Source: Aliishimia sp.
GTDB lineage: Bacteria > Pseudomonadota > Alphaproteobacteria > Rhodobacterales > Rhodobacteraceae
Assembly: GCA_039978895.1 (NCBI GenBank)
Contig: JBDWAL010000055.1
Location: 274,138 to 338,137, forward strand
Direction: 5' to 3'
DNA: 64,000 bases
Positions 40,260 to 49,356 of this stretch are shown piece after piece. The position numbers were made by a program, and so were the translations under genes. Each line of letters starts with the position of its first letter. The stretch's first letter is position 1. The notes below the pieces were generated by a model that ran no database searches, was not told the origin of the DNA, and saw only the letters and a list, made by a program, of their open reading frames with translations.

Positions 40260-41577
40260 CGTCGCGCCGTTAACCCACAAACGGGTTTTACGGGTTGCCT
40301 TACCCATCGTTTTGTCGAGCGCGACTGTTCCGCTTTTGGGGGCTGTTGATCTGGGTGTTGTTGGGCAAACTGGCCAAGCGGTTCCTATCGCGGCGGTTGG
40401 CATCGGCTCGGTCGTTTTGACTACGATTTATTGGGTGTTTGGTTTTCTCAGGATGGGCACCACAGGGCTTGTGGGGCAGGCGGAAGGCGAGGGTGATACC
40501 GCCGAAGTTTCGGCCTTTTTGACCCGTGCCTTGCTGATCGCAGTCGGGGCGGGATTGGCACTGATCGCACTCCAATCGGTGTTGTTCGCGTTTGCTTTAT
40601 CATTGTCACCTGCATCCAAAGAGGTTGAGAACCTCGCCACTGCTTATTTGGGCATTCGCATCTGGTCTGCACCTGCTGCAATTTCTGTGTATGCATTGAC
40701 CGGGTGGCTTGTCGCTATGGAGCGTACAGGCAGAGTTCTGATCCTGCAGTTGGTGATGAATGGCACCAATATCGTGCTGGATATATGGTTCGTTTTGGGG
40801 CTTGGCTGGGGCGTGGAAGGCGTGGCCATTGCAACAGTAATTGCGGAAGTTGCTGGCGCTCTGGTTGGGGTTTACTTGTGCGCGCCCGCATTCCGCAATC
40901 CGGCATGGCGCGATTGGAAACGCATATCGGATCGCGCCAAATTGCTGCGCATGGCCTTGGTTAACAGCGATATCCTCGTGCGATCTGCGGCCTTATTGGC
41001 GATCTTCACCTCTTTCACCTTTTTTAGCGCCCGATTTGGTGACGAAACTTTGGCCGCGAACCAAGTATTGATGCAATTCCTGACCTTGTCTGCTTTTGCT
41101 TTGGATGGCTTCGCACATGCGGCCGAGACGTTGGTGGCCCGCGCTGTGGGGCGAAAAGACGTTGCGCGGTTGCGCCGAGCCGCATGGTTGTGTGGGTTGT
41201 GGGGGGCAGTGTCTGCGTTTGTGTTGGTTGTTGCCTTTGCGCTTTTTGGGCGACAATTGATCGAACTGATGACAACCGCGCCTAACGTTCGTTTAGAAGC
41301 CGAGGCATATATGGTCTGGGTCGTGATTTCACCATTATTGGCCGTCTGGGCGTTTACACTGGATGGCATTTTCATTGGTGCAACACGCGGGCCAGATTTG
41401 CGCAACATGATGTTGATTTCCATGGTGATCTATCTGGGCGCTGTTTGGATTTTGATGCCCAGTTTTGGAAATCACGGTCTTTGGTTGGCTCTTTTGATCT
41501 CACTTGTTGCACGGGGCGTGACGCTTGGATGGCGCTATCCAAAACTTGAAGCCAGCGTGGCCTCCCCCAAGGCCTGA
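40249..41577 (+). CDS. MATE family efflux transporter (DinF-like)
   Basis: 442 aa from MTNDVAPLTHKRVLRVALPIVLSSATVPLLGAVD, with 12 TM. Start overlaps the thioesterase stop by 11 nt. Confidence 0.85.
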   Translation: MTNDVAPLTHKRVLRVALPIVLSSATVPLLGAVDLGVVGQTGQAVPIAAVGIGSVVLTTIYWVFGFLRMGTTGLVGQAEGEGDTAEVSAFLTRALLIAVGAGLALIALQSVLFAFALSLSPASKEVENLATAYLGIRIWSAPAAISVYALTGWLVAMERTGRVLILQLVMNGTNIVLDIWFVLGLGWGVEGVAIATVIAEVAGALVGVYLCAPAFRNPAWRDWKRISDRAKLLRMALVNSDILVRSAALLAIFTSFTFFSARFGDETLAANQVLMQFLTLSAFALDGFAHAAETLVARAVGRKDVARLRRAAWLCGLWGAVSAFVLVVAFALFGRQLIELMTTAPNVRLEAEAYMVWVVISPLLAVWAFTLDGIFIGATRGPDLRNMMLISMVIYLGAVWILMPSFGNHGLWLALLISLVARGVTLGWRYPKLEASVASPKA

Positions 41578-41591
41578 TTGCAAAAGCAGGT

Positions 41592-41936
41592 TTAATCCAA
41601 CAGCGACAAAACGACTTCCGGAGGGCGTCCAATGACAGCCTTGTCGCTGTGAAAAGCGATGGGCCGTTCGATAAGGATGGGCGTGTCGATCATTGCATCG
41701 CGCAATTGTGAATCGTCCTCTACCTCCGCAAGGTTTTGATCCGTGTAGGCTTTCTCACCGGTGCGGATCAAAGCACATGCCGGCAGGCCGAGCTTTAGTA
41801 GGACATGATCAAGCTCTTCACGGTTTGGTCGATCAACAAGGTAGCGGCGAACGGTCACTGGCGCACCTTTGTCTTCCAACAACTTCAGGGCTGCTCGGGA
41901 CTTGGCGCAGCGTGGGTTGTGCCAAAGTGTAATCAT
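41592..41936 (-). CDS. arsC: arsenate reductase (glutaredoxin-type ArsC family)
   Basis: 114 aa; [17 protein letters not shown] with the catalytic Cys context HNPxCxxSR; PILIERPI. Confidence 0.7.
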   Translation of the reverse strand: MITLWHNPRCAKSRAALKLLEDKGAPVTVRRYLVDRPNREELDHVLLKLGLPACALIRTGEKAYTDQNLAEVEDDSQLRDAMIDTPILIERPIAFHSDKAVIGRPPEVVLSLLD

Positions 41937-42973
41937 AGCCAGCGATCCTTTTCTGTACCAACGGCATCTTGAACCGATGCGAACCGATTTGCTTCCAGCA
42001 GTTCATCGAGACCGGCGGCAACGTCAGCGGCCAGCGAAATGCCACCATAAACGAGGGCGGTGTAAAGCTGGACAGCACTTGCGCCTGCGCGGATTTTGTC
42101 AAAGGCCTGTTGGGCCGTGGTGATGCCTCCGACGCCGATCAAGGGTATGTCGGACAGTGTACTAAGCTTAGCTAGGACGCGCGTTGATTTTCCGAACAAT
42201 GGAGCCCCTGACAGACCGCCCTTTTCGTGTGCATGCGGACTGTTCAGCCCATCACGATCCAGTGTGGTGTTCGTCGCAATGATTGCCGCAACACCTGTTT
42301 GCGTCGCAATATCCGCAATTTCACTGAGGTCTGTATCTGAAAGATCAGGGGCGATTTTCAGAAAAACTGGACATTTGCCGCGAACCTGCATCACACCCGT
42401 GAGCAAGGCATACAGCGCGTCCGCGCCTTGCAGGTCGCGTAATTTTTCGGTGTTGGGCGAGGAGACGTTCACAGTCGCAAAGTCGAGGTGCACATGTGAT
42501 GTTGCGAGTACTTGTGCAAAGTCCGCAGCGCGATCGTCACTGTCTTTATTCGCCCCCAAGTTTAGTCCGATGACCGCATCCTTGGGGCGTTTTGCAAGGC
42601 GGGCCGTGATGGCATCCATGCCCTGATTGTTAAAGCCAAACCGATTGATCGCTGCATGGTCTTCGGTCAATCGAAAAAGGCGGGGTTTGGGGTTTCCAGT
42701 TTGTGGACGCGGTGTTGCGGCACCGACTTCGATGAAACCAAATCCTGACCGCGATAATGGACCTAAAGCTTCGGCATTCTTGTCAAACCCGGCCGCAAGG
42801 CCAACTGGATTTGATAAAGGGATGCCTGCTATTTGTGTAGATAATCGTGATGATTTAACTGGCCCGGGCTTGGCTGTTAAGCCTCCGTTTAGGGCGCGCA
42901 ATGCCAGACCGTGGGCGGTTTCTGGGTCGAGTGCGTGCAATGCGCGCAGACCGATCTTTTCGACGAAATTCAT
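41933..42973 (-). CDS. pyrD: dihydroorotate dehydrogenase (quinone), class 2
   Basis: 346 aa; [31 protein letters not shown]-like [26 protein letters not shown]. Confidence 0.95.
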   Translation of the reverse strand: MNFVEKIGLRALHALDPETAHGLALRALNGGLTAKPGPVKSSRLSTQIAGIPLSNPVGLAAGFDKNAEALGPLSRSGFGFIEVGAATPRPQTGNPKPRLFRLTEDHAAINRFGFNNQGMDAITARLAKRPKDAVIGLNLGANKDSDDRAADFAQVLATSHVHLDFATVNVSSPNTEKLRDLQGADALYALLTGVMQVRGKCPVFLKIAPDLSDTDLSEIADIATQTGVAAIIATNTTLDRDGLNSPHAHEKGGLSGAPLFGKSTRVLAKLSTLSDIPLIGVGGITTAQQAFDKIRAGASAVQLYTALVYGGISLAADVAAGLDELLEANRFASVQDAVGTEKDRWL

Positions 42974-43401
42974 CCGAACTCTTTGGTTTCTGGTGTTGGC
43001 GCGCAGCGGATCAATCGAGACGTTAAAACTGCCGCTTGGCGGTGTATGACGGCCTTTTGATAATCAGGATCGGAGATCATGGCGAGGAAGGCATGTGCGG
43101 TTGGGTAGCGGCCAATGAAAACTGCGTCCCATGTCTCATCTGAGGGGCCTATAAGGGTTGTTTGAAAAGCACCACTCCATAGAATGCTCCCGCCAACCTG
43201 TTTAAGAATTGCCCCAGTCTCTGCGCCGTAGTTCTTATAGGCTTGCGCACCGGTGAGGTCTTGTTCTGCCAAGGCATGACCTTCGGGATAGACAGCTTTT
43301 TCGCGAAATCGAACAAGATTGAGCATTTCAATTGGCGCGTCTCGATCTAACGCCTTGAAGGCGTCAAACTGCGCGCGACCCGGGTCTATATAATCGTCCA
43401 T
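42970..43401 (-). CDS. DUF1330 domain-containing protein
   Basis: 143 aa from [12 protein letters not shown]; [15 protein letters not shown]...[25 protein letters not shown] overlaps the DUF952 stop (TAATG). Confidence 0.8.
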   Translation of the reverse strand: MDDYIDPGRAQFDAFKALDRDAPIEMLNLVRFREKAVYPEGHALAEQDLTGAQAYKNYGAETGAILKQVGGSILWSGAFQTTLIGPSDETWDAVFIGRYPTAHAFLAMISDPDYQKAVIHRQAAVLTSRLIRCAPTPETKEFG

Positions 43402-43736
43402 TATTCCATGCCCACTGGAAAGACGTGCGTGCCATTTTGGTATCCAATCGTATGTGCTGATATGACGTCCGTCATGGTCAAGTCCCGGTAAAGATGTGGG
43501 AATTTGGCATTTCCGCGCGACACTTCCCATTTAAGTGCATCACCCAAGAGCGTTTCATCGACCAAGACTAGGATCAAACCTTGTGCCCCAGCAAAGTGCT
43601 TTGCCGCAGTTTCAGGTGCCTGAGCAGCGGTTGAAAAGTGGATATAACCGTCTGAAACGTCAATCGGGGCACCAGACGAGGTGCCATTGGCTTGAAGGTC
43701 GGCCCATTCATCAGGGCGAAAAATTTTGTAGATCAT
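43401..43736 (-). CDS. DUF952 domain-containing protein
   Basis: 111 aa; MIYKIFRPDEW...DGYIHFSTAAQ...KWEVSRGNAKFPHLY. Confidence 0.8.
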   Translation of the reverse strand: MIYKIFRPDEWADLQANGTSSGAPIDVSDGYIHFSTAAQAPETAAKHFAGAQGLILVLVDETLLGDALKWEVSRGNAKFPHLYRDLTMTDVISAHTIGYQNGTHVFPVGME

Positions 43737-44108
43737 AGCCTGTGATGCCGCGTCCCGAGGAAAGGGTCAAGTCAGAGGGAGCGCGTGTTACAAGCGGGTT
43801 TGAGCCAATAAAGCATGAAATGGAGGCGAACAAAACGCATCAATACTGCAATGACAGCGTTCCGCATAAGGCGCAAAATGCAGGGGGAATAGGCGCGATC
43901 AAATGTCTGCGACCAATTATCGGGCGACTAGGGGGCAATTTGGCAAAACCCAGCAGATGTTTCGCGCTATTTTCGGGTCACGGATGAAACTGTAGGCGAA
44001 GATCGCGTTTCGTTGCGGATTTTATTGTGTTGGCCCCTACGTTGGCTTTGACAATTCCGAAGCACACGTCACGATAGCATCAATCACATCTTTTGGGGAG
44101 AAAAACAT

Positions 44109-45710
44109 ATGAAGCGATTCCTTCTATCCGCCGGAGCATTGGCCTTGAGTGTTGGAATGGCGCAAGCCGAGTACACACTGCATGTGCTGCACATCAACGA
44201 TCTGCACAGCCGTATTGAACCTATCAACAAATATGACAGCACATGCGGTGCTGAAGACGATGCCGAAGGCAAATGCTTTGGTGGCGTCGCGCGCGTGGCA
44301 ACGAAAATCAACGAATTGCGGGATGAACTGAAGGCCGCTGGCGAGAACGTGATCGTTCTGGATGCCGGCGATCAGTTCCAAGGCTCCCTTATGTACACCA
44401 CATACAAAGGTGCAGTTGAGGCTGAGTTCATGGAAGCCATCGGGTTTGACGCCATGGCTGTGGGCAATCACGAATTCGACGACGGGCCCGAAAAACTCGC
44501 GGAATTCGTCGACTTGGTAAGCTTCCCTGTGATCTCGGGTAACTTGGATTTGGCAGGCTCCAACCTGTTGGCTGGGAAAGTTGGGAACCACGTTGTGCTT
44601 GACGTTGGCGGCGAAAAGATCGGAATCATCTCTGCTTTGGCGACGGACACGGTCGAGACATCATCCCCCGGTCCAACAGTTGTGTTTAAAGACGAAATCG
44701 CATCACTAGCGGTGGATGTGGCGGCCTTGGAAGGCGAAGGCGTCAACAAGATCATCGCGTTGACCCACGTCGGCTTGAGTAAAGATCTTGAAATCGCAGC
44801 CGCTGTTTCGGGGCTCGATGCCGTCGTTGGCGGTCACTCGCACACATACCTAAGCGCAAGTAACCCCAAGCGTGCCGGGGCCTACCCGACCTATGCATTG
44901 CAAACCGACGGGACACTGGTGCCAGTCGTGCATGCCTATGCCTATTCGAAATATGTGGGTCACTTGACGCTCACCTTTAGCGATGATGGTAAACTCTTGG
45001 ATGCGGGCGGAGACACGATCGTGCTGGACGCATCTGTCAAAGCGGATGCTGGTATCTCTGCTCGGGTGGCCGAGTTGGCGGGACCAATTGAAGAGCTAAA
45101 AGCACGCGTCATTGGGGCGTCCGATGCAGTCATCGAAGGCGGACGTGACATCTGCCGGGCGCAAGAATGCGCTATGGGTAACCTCGTTGCGGACGCGATG
45201 TTGGACCGTGTGAAAGATCAAGGTGTTACAATTGCGTTCCAAAACGGAGGCGGCCTGCGGTCTTCCATCGATGGCGGTGAGATCACCATGGGCGAAGTTC
45301 TTAGCGTTTTGCCGTTTCAGAATACGTTGTCGACCTTCGAAGTGAGCGGTGGCGCATTGATTGCGGCTCTGGAAAACGGTGTTGGCCAAGTGGAAGAGGG
45401 CGCAGGTCGTTTCCCACAGGTGGCGGGCATGAAGTTCGTTTGGGATGCGAGTGCTGCGCCGGGAAGTCGGATCGGTGACGTCATGGTGGCTGAAGGTGAC
45501 GGCTTCGTGACGATTGATGCGGCGAAACTATATAAAGTCGTGACCAACAATTACGTGCGCAATGGTGGTGATGGGTACCGGATGTTTGCGGGTGATGACA
45601 AAAACGCTTATGATTTCGGACCTGATTTGGCCGATGTCACAGCGGAGTTTATCGCTGCCAAAGGTGAAGCTTACAAGCCCTACACTGACGGGCGCATCGC
45701 GCAAAAATAA
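44109..45710 (+). CDS. bifunctional metallophosphatase / 5'-nucleotidase (UshA-like), secreted
   Basis: Signal peptide, HINDLHSR, DAGDQFQGS, GNHEFD and a C-terminal 5'-nucleotidase domain. Confidence 0.9.
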   Translation: MKRFLLSAGALALSVGMAQAEYTLHVLHINDLHSRIEPINKYDSTCGAEDDAEGKCFGGVARVATKINELRDELKAAGENVIVLDAGDQFQGSLMYTTYKGAVEAEFMEAIGFDAMAVGNHEFDDGPEKLAEFVDLVSFPVISGNLDLAGSNLLAGKVGNHVVLDVGGEKIGIISALATDTVETSSPGPTVVFKDEIASLAVDVAALEGEGVNKIIALTHVGLSKDLEIAAAVSGLDAVVGGHSHTYLSASNPKRAGAYPTYALQTDGTLVPVVHAYAYSKYVGHLTLTFSDDGKLLDAGGDTIVLDASVKADAGISARVAELAGPIEELKARVIGASDAVIEGGRDICRAQECAMGNLVADAMLDRVKDQGVTIAFQNGGGLRSSIDGGEITMGEVLSVLPFQNTLSTFEVSGGALIAALENGVGQVEEGAGRFPQVAGMKFVWDASAAPGSRIGDVMVAEGDGFVTIDAAKLYKVVTNNYVRNGGDGYRMFAGDDKNAYDFGPDLADVTAEFIAAKGEAYKPYTDGRIAQK

Positions 45711-45785
45711 CGATATGTCGGCGGGCGGGTCTGTTTGCTTTATTCAGCAAATGCGCCCGCCCGCCGACCCATTCGGAGGTTGAAT

Positions 45786-46457
45786 ATGTGTGGGCGGTTT
45801 GCAGTCACGCTTCCAAGTGATGCCATGGCGCTACTATTTGCAGCTCAACCTGCCAACGATCTTCCCGACACTCCCAATTTCAATGTGTGCCCGACGAATT
45901 CAATCGCTGTTGTGACAGCAGATGAGACCGGGCGGCGGTTGCAACCTATGCGGTGGGGATTTCTGCCGCATTGGTACAAAGCGCCCAATGCGGGGCCGCT
46001 ATTAATCAACGCGCGGTCTGAAACCTTAGCGGAAAAACCCGCATTTAAAGCCGCATGCCGTGCCAGACGGTGTTTAATCAGTTGCACTGGGTTCTATGAG
46101 TGGACCAAAGACCCGGACGGCAATCGTTTGCCATGGTACATACGCCGCGCTGACGATGCCCCCGTTGTGTTTGCTGGCGTTTGGCAAGACTGGATGTCTT
46201 CAGAAACGGGCGAGCAGTTTCGAACTTGCGCGATTGTGACCTGTGGGGCCAACAAGGCCATTTCGCTGATACATCACCGTATGCCCGTGTTGCTTGAGGC
46301 CAAAGATCATCCGCTTTGGCTTGGGGAGGAAGGAAAAGGGGCAGCCGTCTTAATGAAAACAGCTGCCGATGACGTTCTGGAGTGGCACCGGGTAGGACCA
46401 GCCATCAACTCCAACCGTGCAAAGGGGGCGGCATTGATTGAGCCTTTGCACGCATAA
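45786..46457 (+). CDS. SOS response-associated peptidase (SRAP/YedK family)
   Basis: 223 aa starting MCGRF (catalytic Cys2), with RWGFLPHW and YEW. Confidence 0.9.
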   Translation: MCGRFAVTLPSDAMALLFAAQPANDLPDTPNFNVCPTNSIAVVTADETGRRLQPMRWGFLPHWYKAPNAGPLLINARSETLAEKPAFKAACRARRCLISCTGFYEWTKDPDGNRLPWYIRRADDAPVVFAGVWQDWMSSETGEQFRTCAIVTCGANKAISLIHHRMPVLLEAKDHPLWLGEEGKGAAVLMKTAADDVLEWHRVGPAINSNRAKGAALIEPLHA

Positions 46458-46492
46458 CAAAAACGCCCACGCTTGCGCGAGGGCGTTAGTTT
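46458..46492. terminator. bidirectional rho-independent terminator between convergent genes
   Basis: AACGCCC (46462..46468), a 12-nt loop, then GGGCGTT (46481..46487). On the minus strand the stem is followed by TTTTGTTAT. The weaker AGTTTAAAATT follows on the + strand. Confidence 0.6.
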
Positions 46493-46522
46493 AAAATTCC
46501 ATTTCCGTGAAACTTGCGCGCT

Positions 46523-46939
46523 TTAGTTATTCTGAGGTGGATCTTCAAAGCTGATTTCGGCTGTGATGTCTGCGTCCTCATAGGTACCAAAGTTGTCACC
46601 AATGACGTCTGTGGCGTCGGGATCGTCTGTTGACGCTTCGCCACCACTTGCAGGTGTGTAGGCCGAAAAGAATGCCAATTCGGTTTCTTCCGTAATGACC
46701 AATGTGCCTTCTTCGTTGTCGGCAAGCGGTCCAACGGTCCACCCGGTGTCTCTACCTACAACGGTTTCTTCTTCGCCACTTTCATTCACAAACCGGATGG
46801 TGTCACCTGGATCTGCATATGTCACGTTCGGGAAATATGTGAACCCAGTCAACACAACGATGTGTTCTTCAGCCGCGACTGGCGCGGCAATTGCTAAGCT
46901 CAATGCACTTGCCGTTGCAACTTTTTTTAACGTCTTCAT
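46523..46939 (-). CDS. secreted acidic protein, cupredoxin-like pattern without copper ligands
   Basis: Signal peptide MKTLKKVATASALSLAIAAPVAA/EE; FTYFPNVTYADPGDTIRFVNESGEEETVV resembles the amicyanin/plastocyanin strand pattern. The mature part has no Cys or Met and one His. Confidence 0.55.
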   Translation of the reverse strand: MKTLKKVATASALSLAIAAPVAAEEHIVVLTGFTYFPNVTYADPGDTIRFVNESGEEETVVGRDTGWTVGPLADNEEGTLVITEETELAFFSAYTPASGGEASTDDPDATDVIGDNFGTYEDADITAEISFEDPPQNN

Positions 46940-47051
46940 AATTCTACACCCTTCGCCAGAATACCCACTGGAATGATCAGCATTTTGGTAACCAAACTCT
47001 GTGGCAAAACCGCGGCGAAGTTGGGCGAATTTGTGGCAAATATGGCTTGTT

Positions 47052-47921
47052 TTAGGAAACAGTCTGTTTCGAGAGCCAGTCCTTAAACAGGGTCAAAGCG
47101 CCAGTTTCGGGCTGTGTTTTAGGCCAGACCAGATAATATGCGCCAATGCTATTTTGTCGATCCGGGGCCGCCAAGATTAACGTGCCGGCTTTCAAATATG
47201 GCTCTGCGACGAAGGTGGGCAAAAGGGCGACGCCCATTCCATGGACCGCAGCTTGAGCCATTGTCGAGAATTGATCAAACTGCATCCCCGGATCGTCAGG
47301 TGGGGTTTGATTTTGGGCGGCAAACCAACGTGCCCAACCGCGTGGCCGCGTTTCAAGATGCAGCAAAGTTTGGGTTTCTAGGACAAGCGGTTGTAAAGTT
47401 GGGGCGCAAACCGCGAGCACTGTTTCAGGCGCCAAAGGCATATGATGTGCGCCGTGCCAATCTTCATGTCCAAAGTGGATTGCTGCGTCAAAGGGTTGGG
47501 TTTGGAAGTCGAACGGGGCTAAGCGGGTTGAAAGGTTTATTGTGACCTCTGGATGGGTGCGTCCAAATTCCGGCAATCGAGGGGCGAGCCAATGCATCCC
47601 GAAGGCTGGCAGGATCGCGAGGGACAACGTGCCGCCGTCAGGGTTGGTGCGCAAAGCCACAGTTGCTTTTGAAAGTTGGGCAAGAATTGTACGGATTTCG
47701 GCGGCATAAACTGCACCGGCGCGCGTAAGCCGTAAACCTCTACCTTGTCGTTCCATGAGGGGAACGCCCAAATTTTGTTCCAAGGCTTTGATCTGACGCG
47801 AGACAGCGCCTTGCGTCAAAGAGAGCTCAGCGGCAGCAAGAGTGGCGCTATTATGTCGTGCAGCCGCTTCAAATGCTTGAAGTGCTGCCGTTGAAGGAAG
47901 AAAGCGGCGCGATGATAACAT
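47052..47921 (-). CDS. LysR family transcriptional regulator (GcdR-like, divergent from gcdH)
   Basis: 289 aa from MLSSRRFLPSTAALQAFEAAARHNSATLAAAELSLTQGAVSRQIKALE. ATG 47936 is an alternative start. Confidence 0.85.
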   Translation of the reverse strand: MLSSRRFLPSTAALQAFEAAARHNSATLAAAELSLTQGAVSRQIKALEQNLGVPLMERQGRGLRLTRAGAVYAAEIRTILAQLSKATVALRTNPDGGTLSLAILPAFGMHWLAPRLPEFGRTHPEVTINLSTRLAPFDFQTQPFDAAIHFGHEDWHGAHHMPLAPETVLAVCAPTLQPLVLETQTLLHLETRPRGWARWFAAQNQTPPDDPGMQFDQFSTMAQAAVHGMGVALLPTFVAEPYLKAGTLILAAPDRQNSIGAYYLVWPKTQPETGALTLFKDWLSKQTVS

Positions 47922-47934
47922 ATGAGTTTTTCTC

Positions 47935-47954
47935 ATGCTTGATGGACAAAGCAT
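47935..47954. promoter_or_regulatory. candidate LysR-type binding site in the LysR/gcdH divergent region
   Basis: ATGCTT-N8-AAGCAT perfect inverted repeat (T-N11-A compatible), 14 nt upstream of the preferred LysR start. Confidence 0.35.
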
Positions 47955-48037
47955 CGTTAGAGATTCCCTGCGGGTCATGCAATATTCTATCAAACTGCGA
48001 ATCCGCCCATCGCTAGGGCCGACATAGGAAAAACACC

Positions 48038-49261
48038 ATGAACGCTGAAACCCCAACCTTACGCGCCAAAGATGCCCCCGACCTGGGACAATTTGACTGG
48101 GAAGATCCACTGCGTTTGCGCCAGCAATTGAGCGAAGACGAAAACATGATCGCGGACAGCGCGCGGGCCTATGCCACTGAAAAGCTTGCGCCACGCATCA
48201 TTGAGGCATTCGCCGATGAGAGAACAGACGCAGATATCTTTCGTGAAATGGGCGATATGGGGCTTTTGGGAACAACGATCCCTGAAGAATACGGTGGGTT
48301 AGGCGGGTCTTATGTGGCCTATGGATTGGTCGCACGGGAAGTCGAACGCATCGATAGTGGCTACCGCTCAATGATGTCGGTGCAATCGTCTTTGGTTATG
48401 TATCCGATCTATGCCTATGGCTCAGAGGAGCAACGACGCAAGTACCTTCCTAAACTGTGCAGTGGGGAGTGGATCGGCTGTTTTGGGTTAACTGAACCTG
48501 ATGCCGGATCAGACCCGGCTGGCATGAAAACACGGGCTGTAAAAACCGCGACAGGGTACAAGATCACAGGCTCCAAAATGTGGATTTCCAACGCGCCAAT
48601 CGCGGACGTGTTCGTTGTTTGGGCCAAGTCGGAAGAACACGGCGGTAAAATCCGAGGTTTCGTGCTGGAAAAAGGCATGGAAGGGTTGAGCGCGCCAAAA
48701 ATCGGCAACAAATTGTCGCTGCGTGCATCGATCACAGGTGAAATCGTGATGGAAGATGTCGAAGTCGGTGACGATGCTTTATTGCCGAATGTTCAAGGTC
48801 TGAAAGGTCCGTTTGGATGTCTAAACAGAGCCCGCTATGGGATCAGTTGGGGTGCCATGGGCGCGGCGGAATTCTGCTGGCATGCTGCGCGTCAATATGG
48901 GCTCGATCGGCACCAGTTTGGCAAGCCGTTGGCTGGCACCCAGTTGTTTCAAAAGAAACTTGCGGACATGATGACGGAAATCACTTTGGGCCTTCAGGCC
49001 TCTTTGCAAGTCGGTCGTTTGATGGATCAAGCCCAAGCTGCGCCCGAGATGGTTTCAATCGTAAAGCGCAACAATTGTGGCAAAGCCTTGGACATCGCAC
49101 GTATGTCGCGCGACATGCATGGCGGCAACGGGATTTCAGGCGAATTCCAAGTGATGCGCCACCTTATGAACCTAGAAACGGTGAACACGTATGAGGGCAC
49201 GCATGATGTGCACGCGTTGATTTTGGGTCGCGCACAAACCGGTGTTCAAGCATTTTTCTGA
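48038..49261 (+). CDS. gcdH: glutaryl-CoA dehydrogenase
   Basis: 407 aa; [25 protein letters not shown] and TYEGTHDVH. Divergent LysR arrangement as for gcdR-gcdH. Confidence 0.85.
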   Translation: MNAETPTLRAKDAPDLGQFDWEDPLRLRQQLSEDENMIADSARAYATEKLAPRIIEAFADERTDADIFREMGDMGLLGTTIPEEYGGLGGSYVAYGLVAREVERIDSGYRSMMSVQSSLVMYPIYAYGSEEQRRKYLPKLCSGEWIGCFGLTEPDAGSDPAGMKTRAVKTATGYKITGSKMWISNAPIADVFVVWAKSEEHGGKIRGFVLEKGMEGLSAPKIGNKLSLRASITGEIVMEDVEVGDDALLPNVQGLKGPFGCLNRARYGISWGAMGAAEFCWHAARQYGLDRHQFGKPLAGTQLFQKKLADMMTEITLGLQASLQVGRLMDQAQAAPEMVSIVKRNNCGKALDIARMSRDMHGGNGISGEFQVMRHLMNLETVNTYEGTHDVHALILGRAQTGVQAFF

Positions 49262-49316
49262 TGGCCCCAAGCCCATTGCATGATGCAACTTCGCTATGAA
49301 ACTAAGCTGACTTTGG

Positions 49317-49347
49317 CGCCCGGGACCACGGATCCTGGGCGTTTTTT
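49317..49347 (+). terminator. rho-independent terminator after gcdH
   Basis: CGCCCGGG (49317..49324), a 9-nt loop, CCTGGGCG (49334..49341; one G-U pair), then TTTTTT (49342..49347). It ends only 9 nt before the next ATG. Confidence 0.6.
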
Positions 49348-49356
49348 GCGACAAGG

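Noticed and set aside
43921-43960. GGGGGCAATTTGGCAAAACCC, in the 370-nt DUF952 / 5'-nucleotidase intergenic region, resembles part of a c-di-GMP-I (GEMM) riboswitch.
   Set aside because: Only one short GGCAAA-like element is present. The second conserved ACGCAAAGC-type segment and the paired stems are missing.
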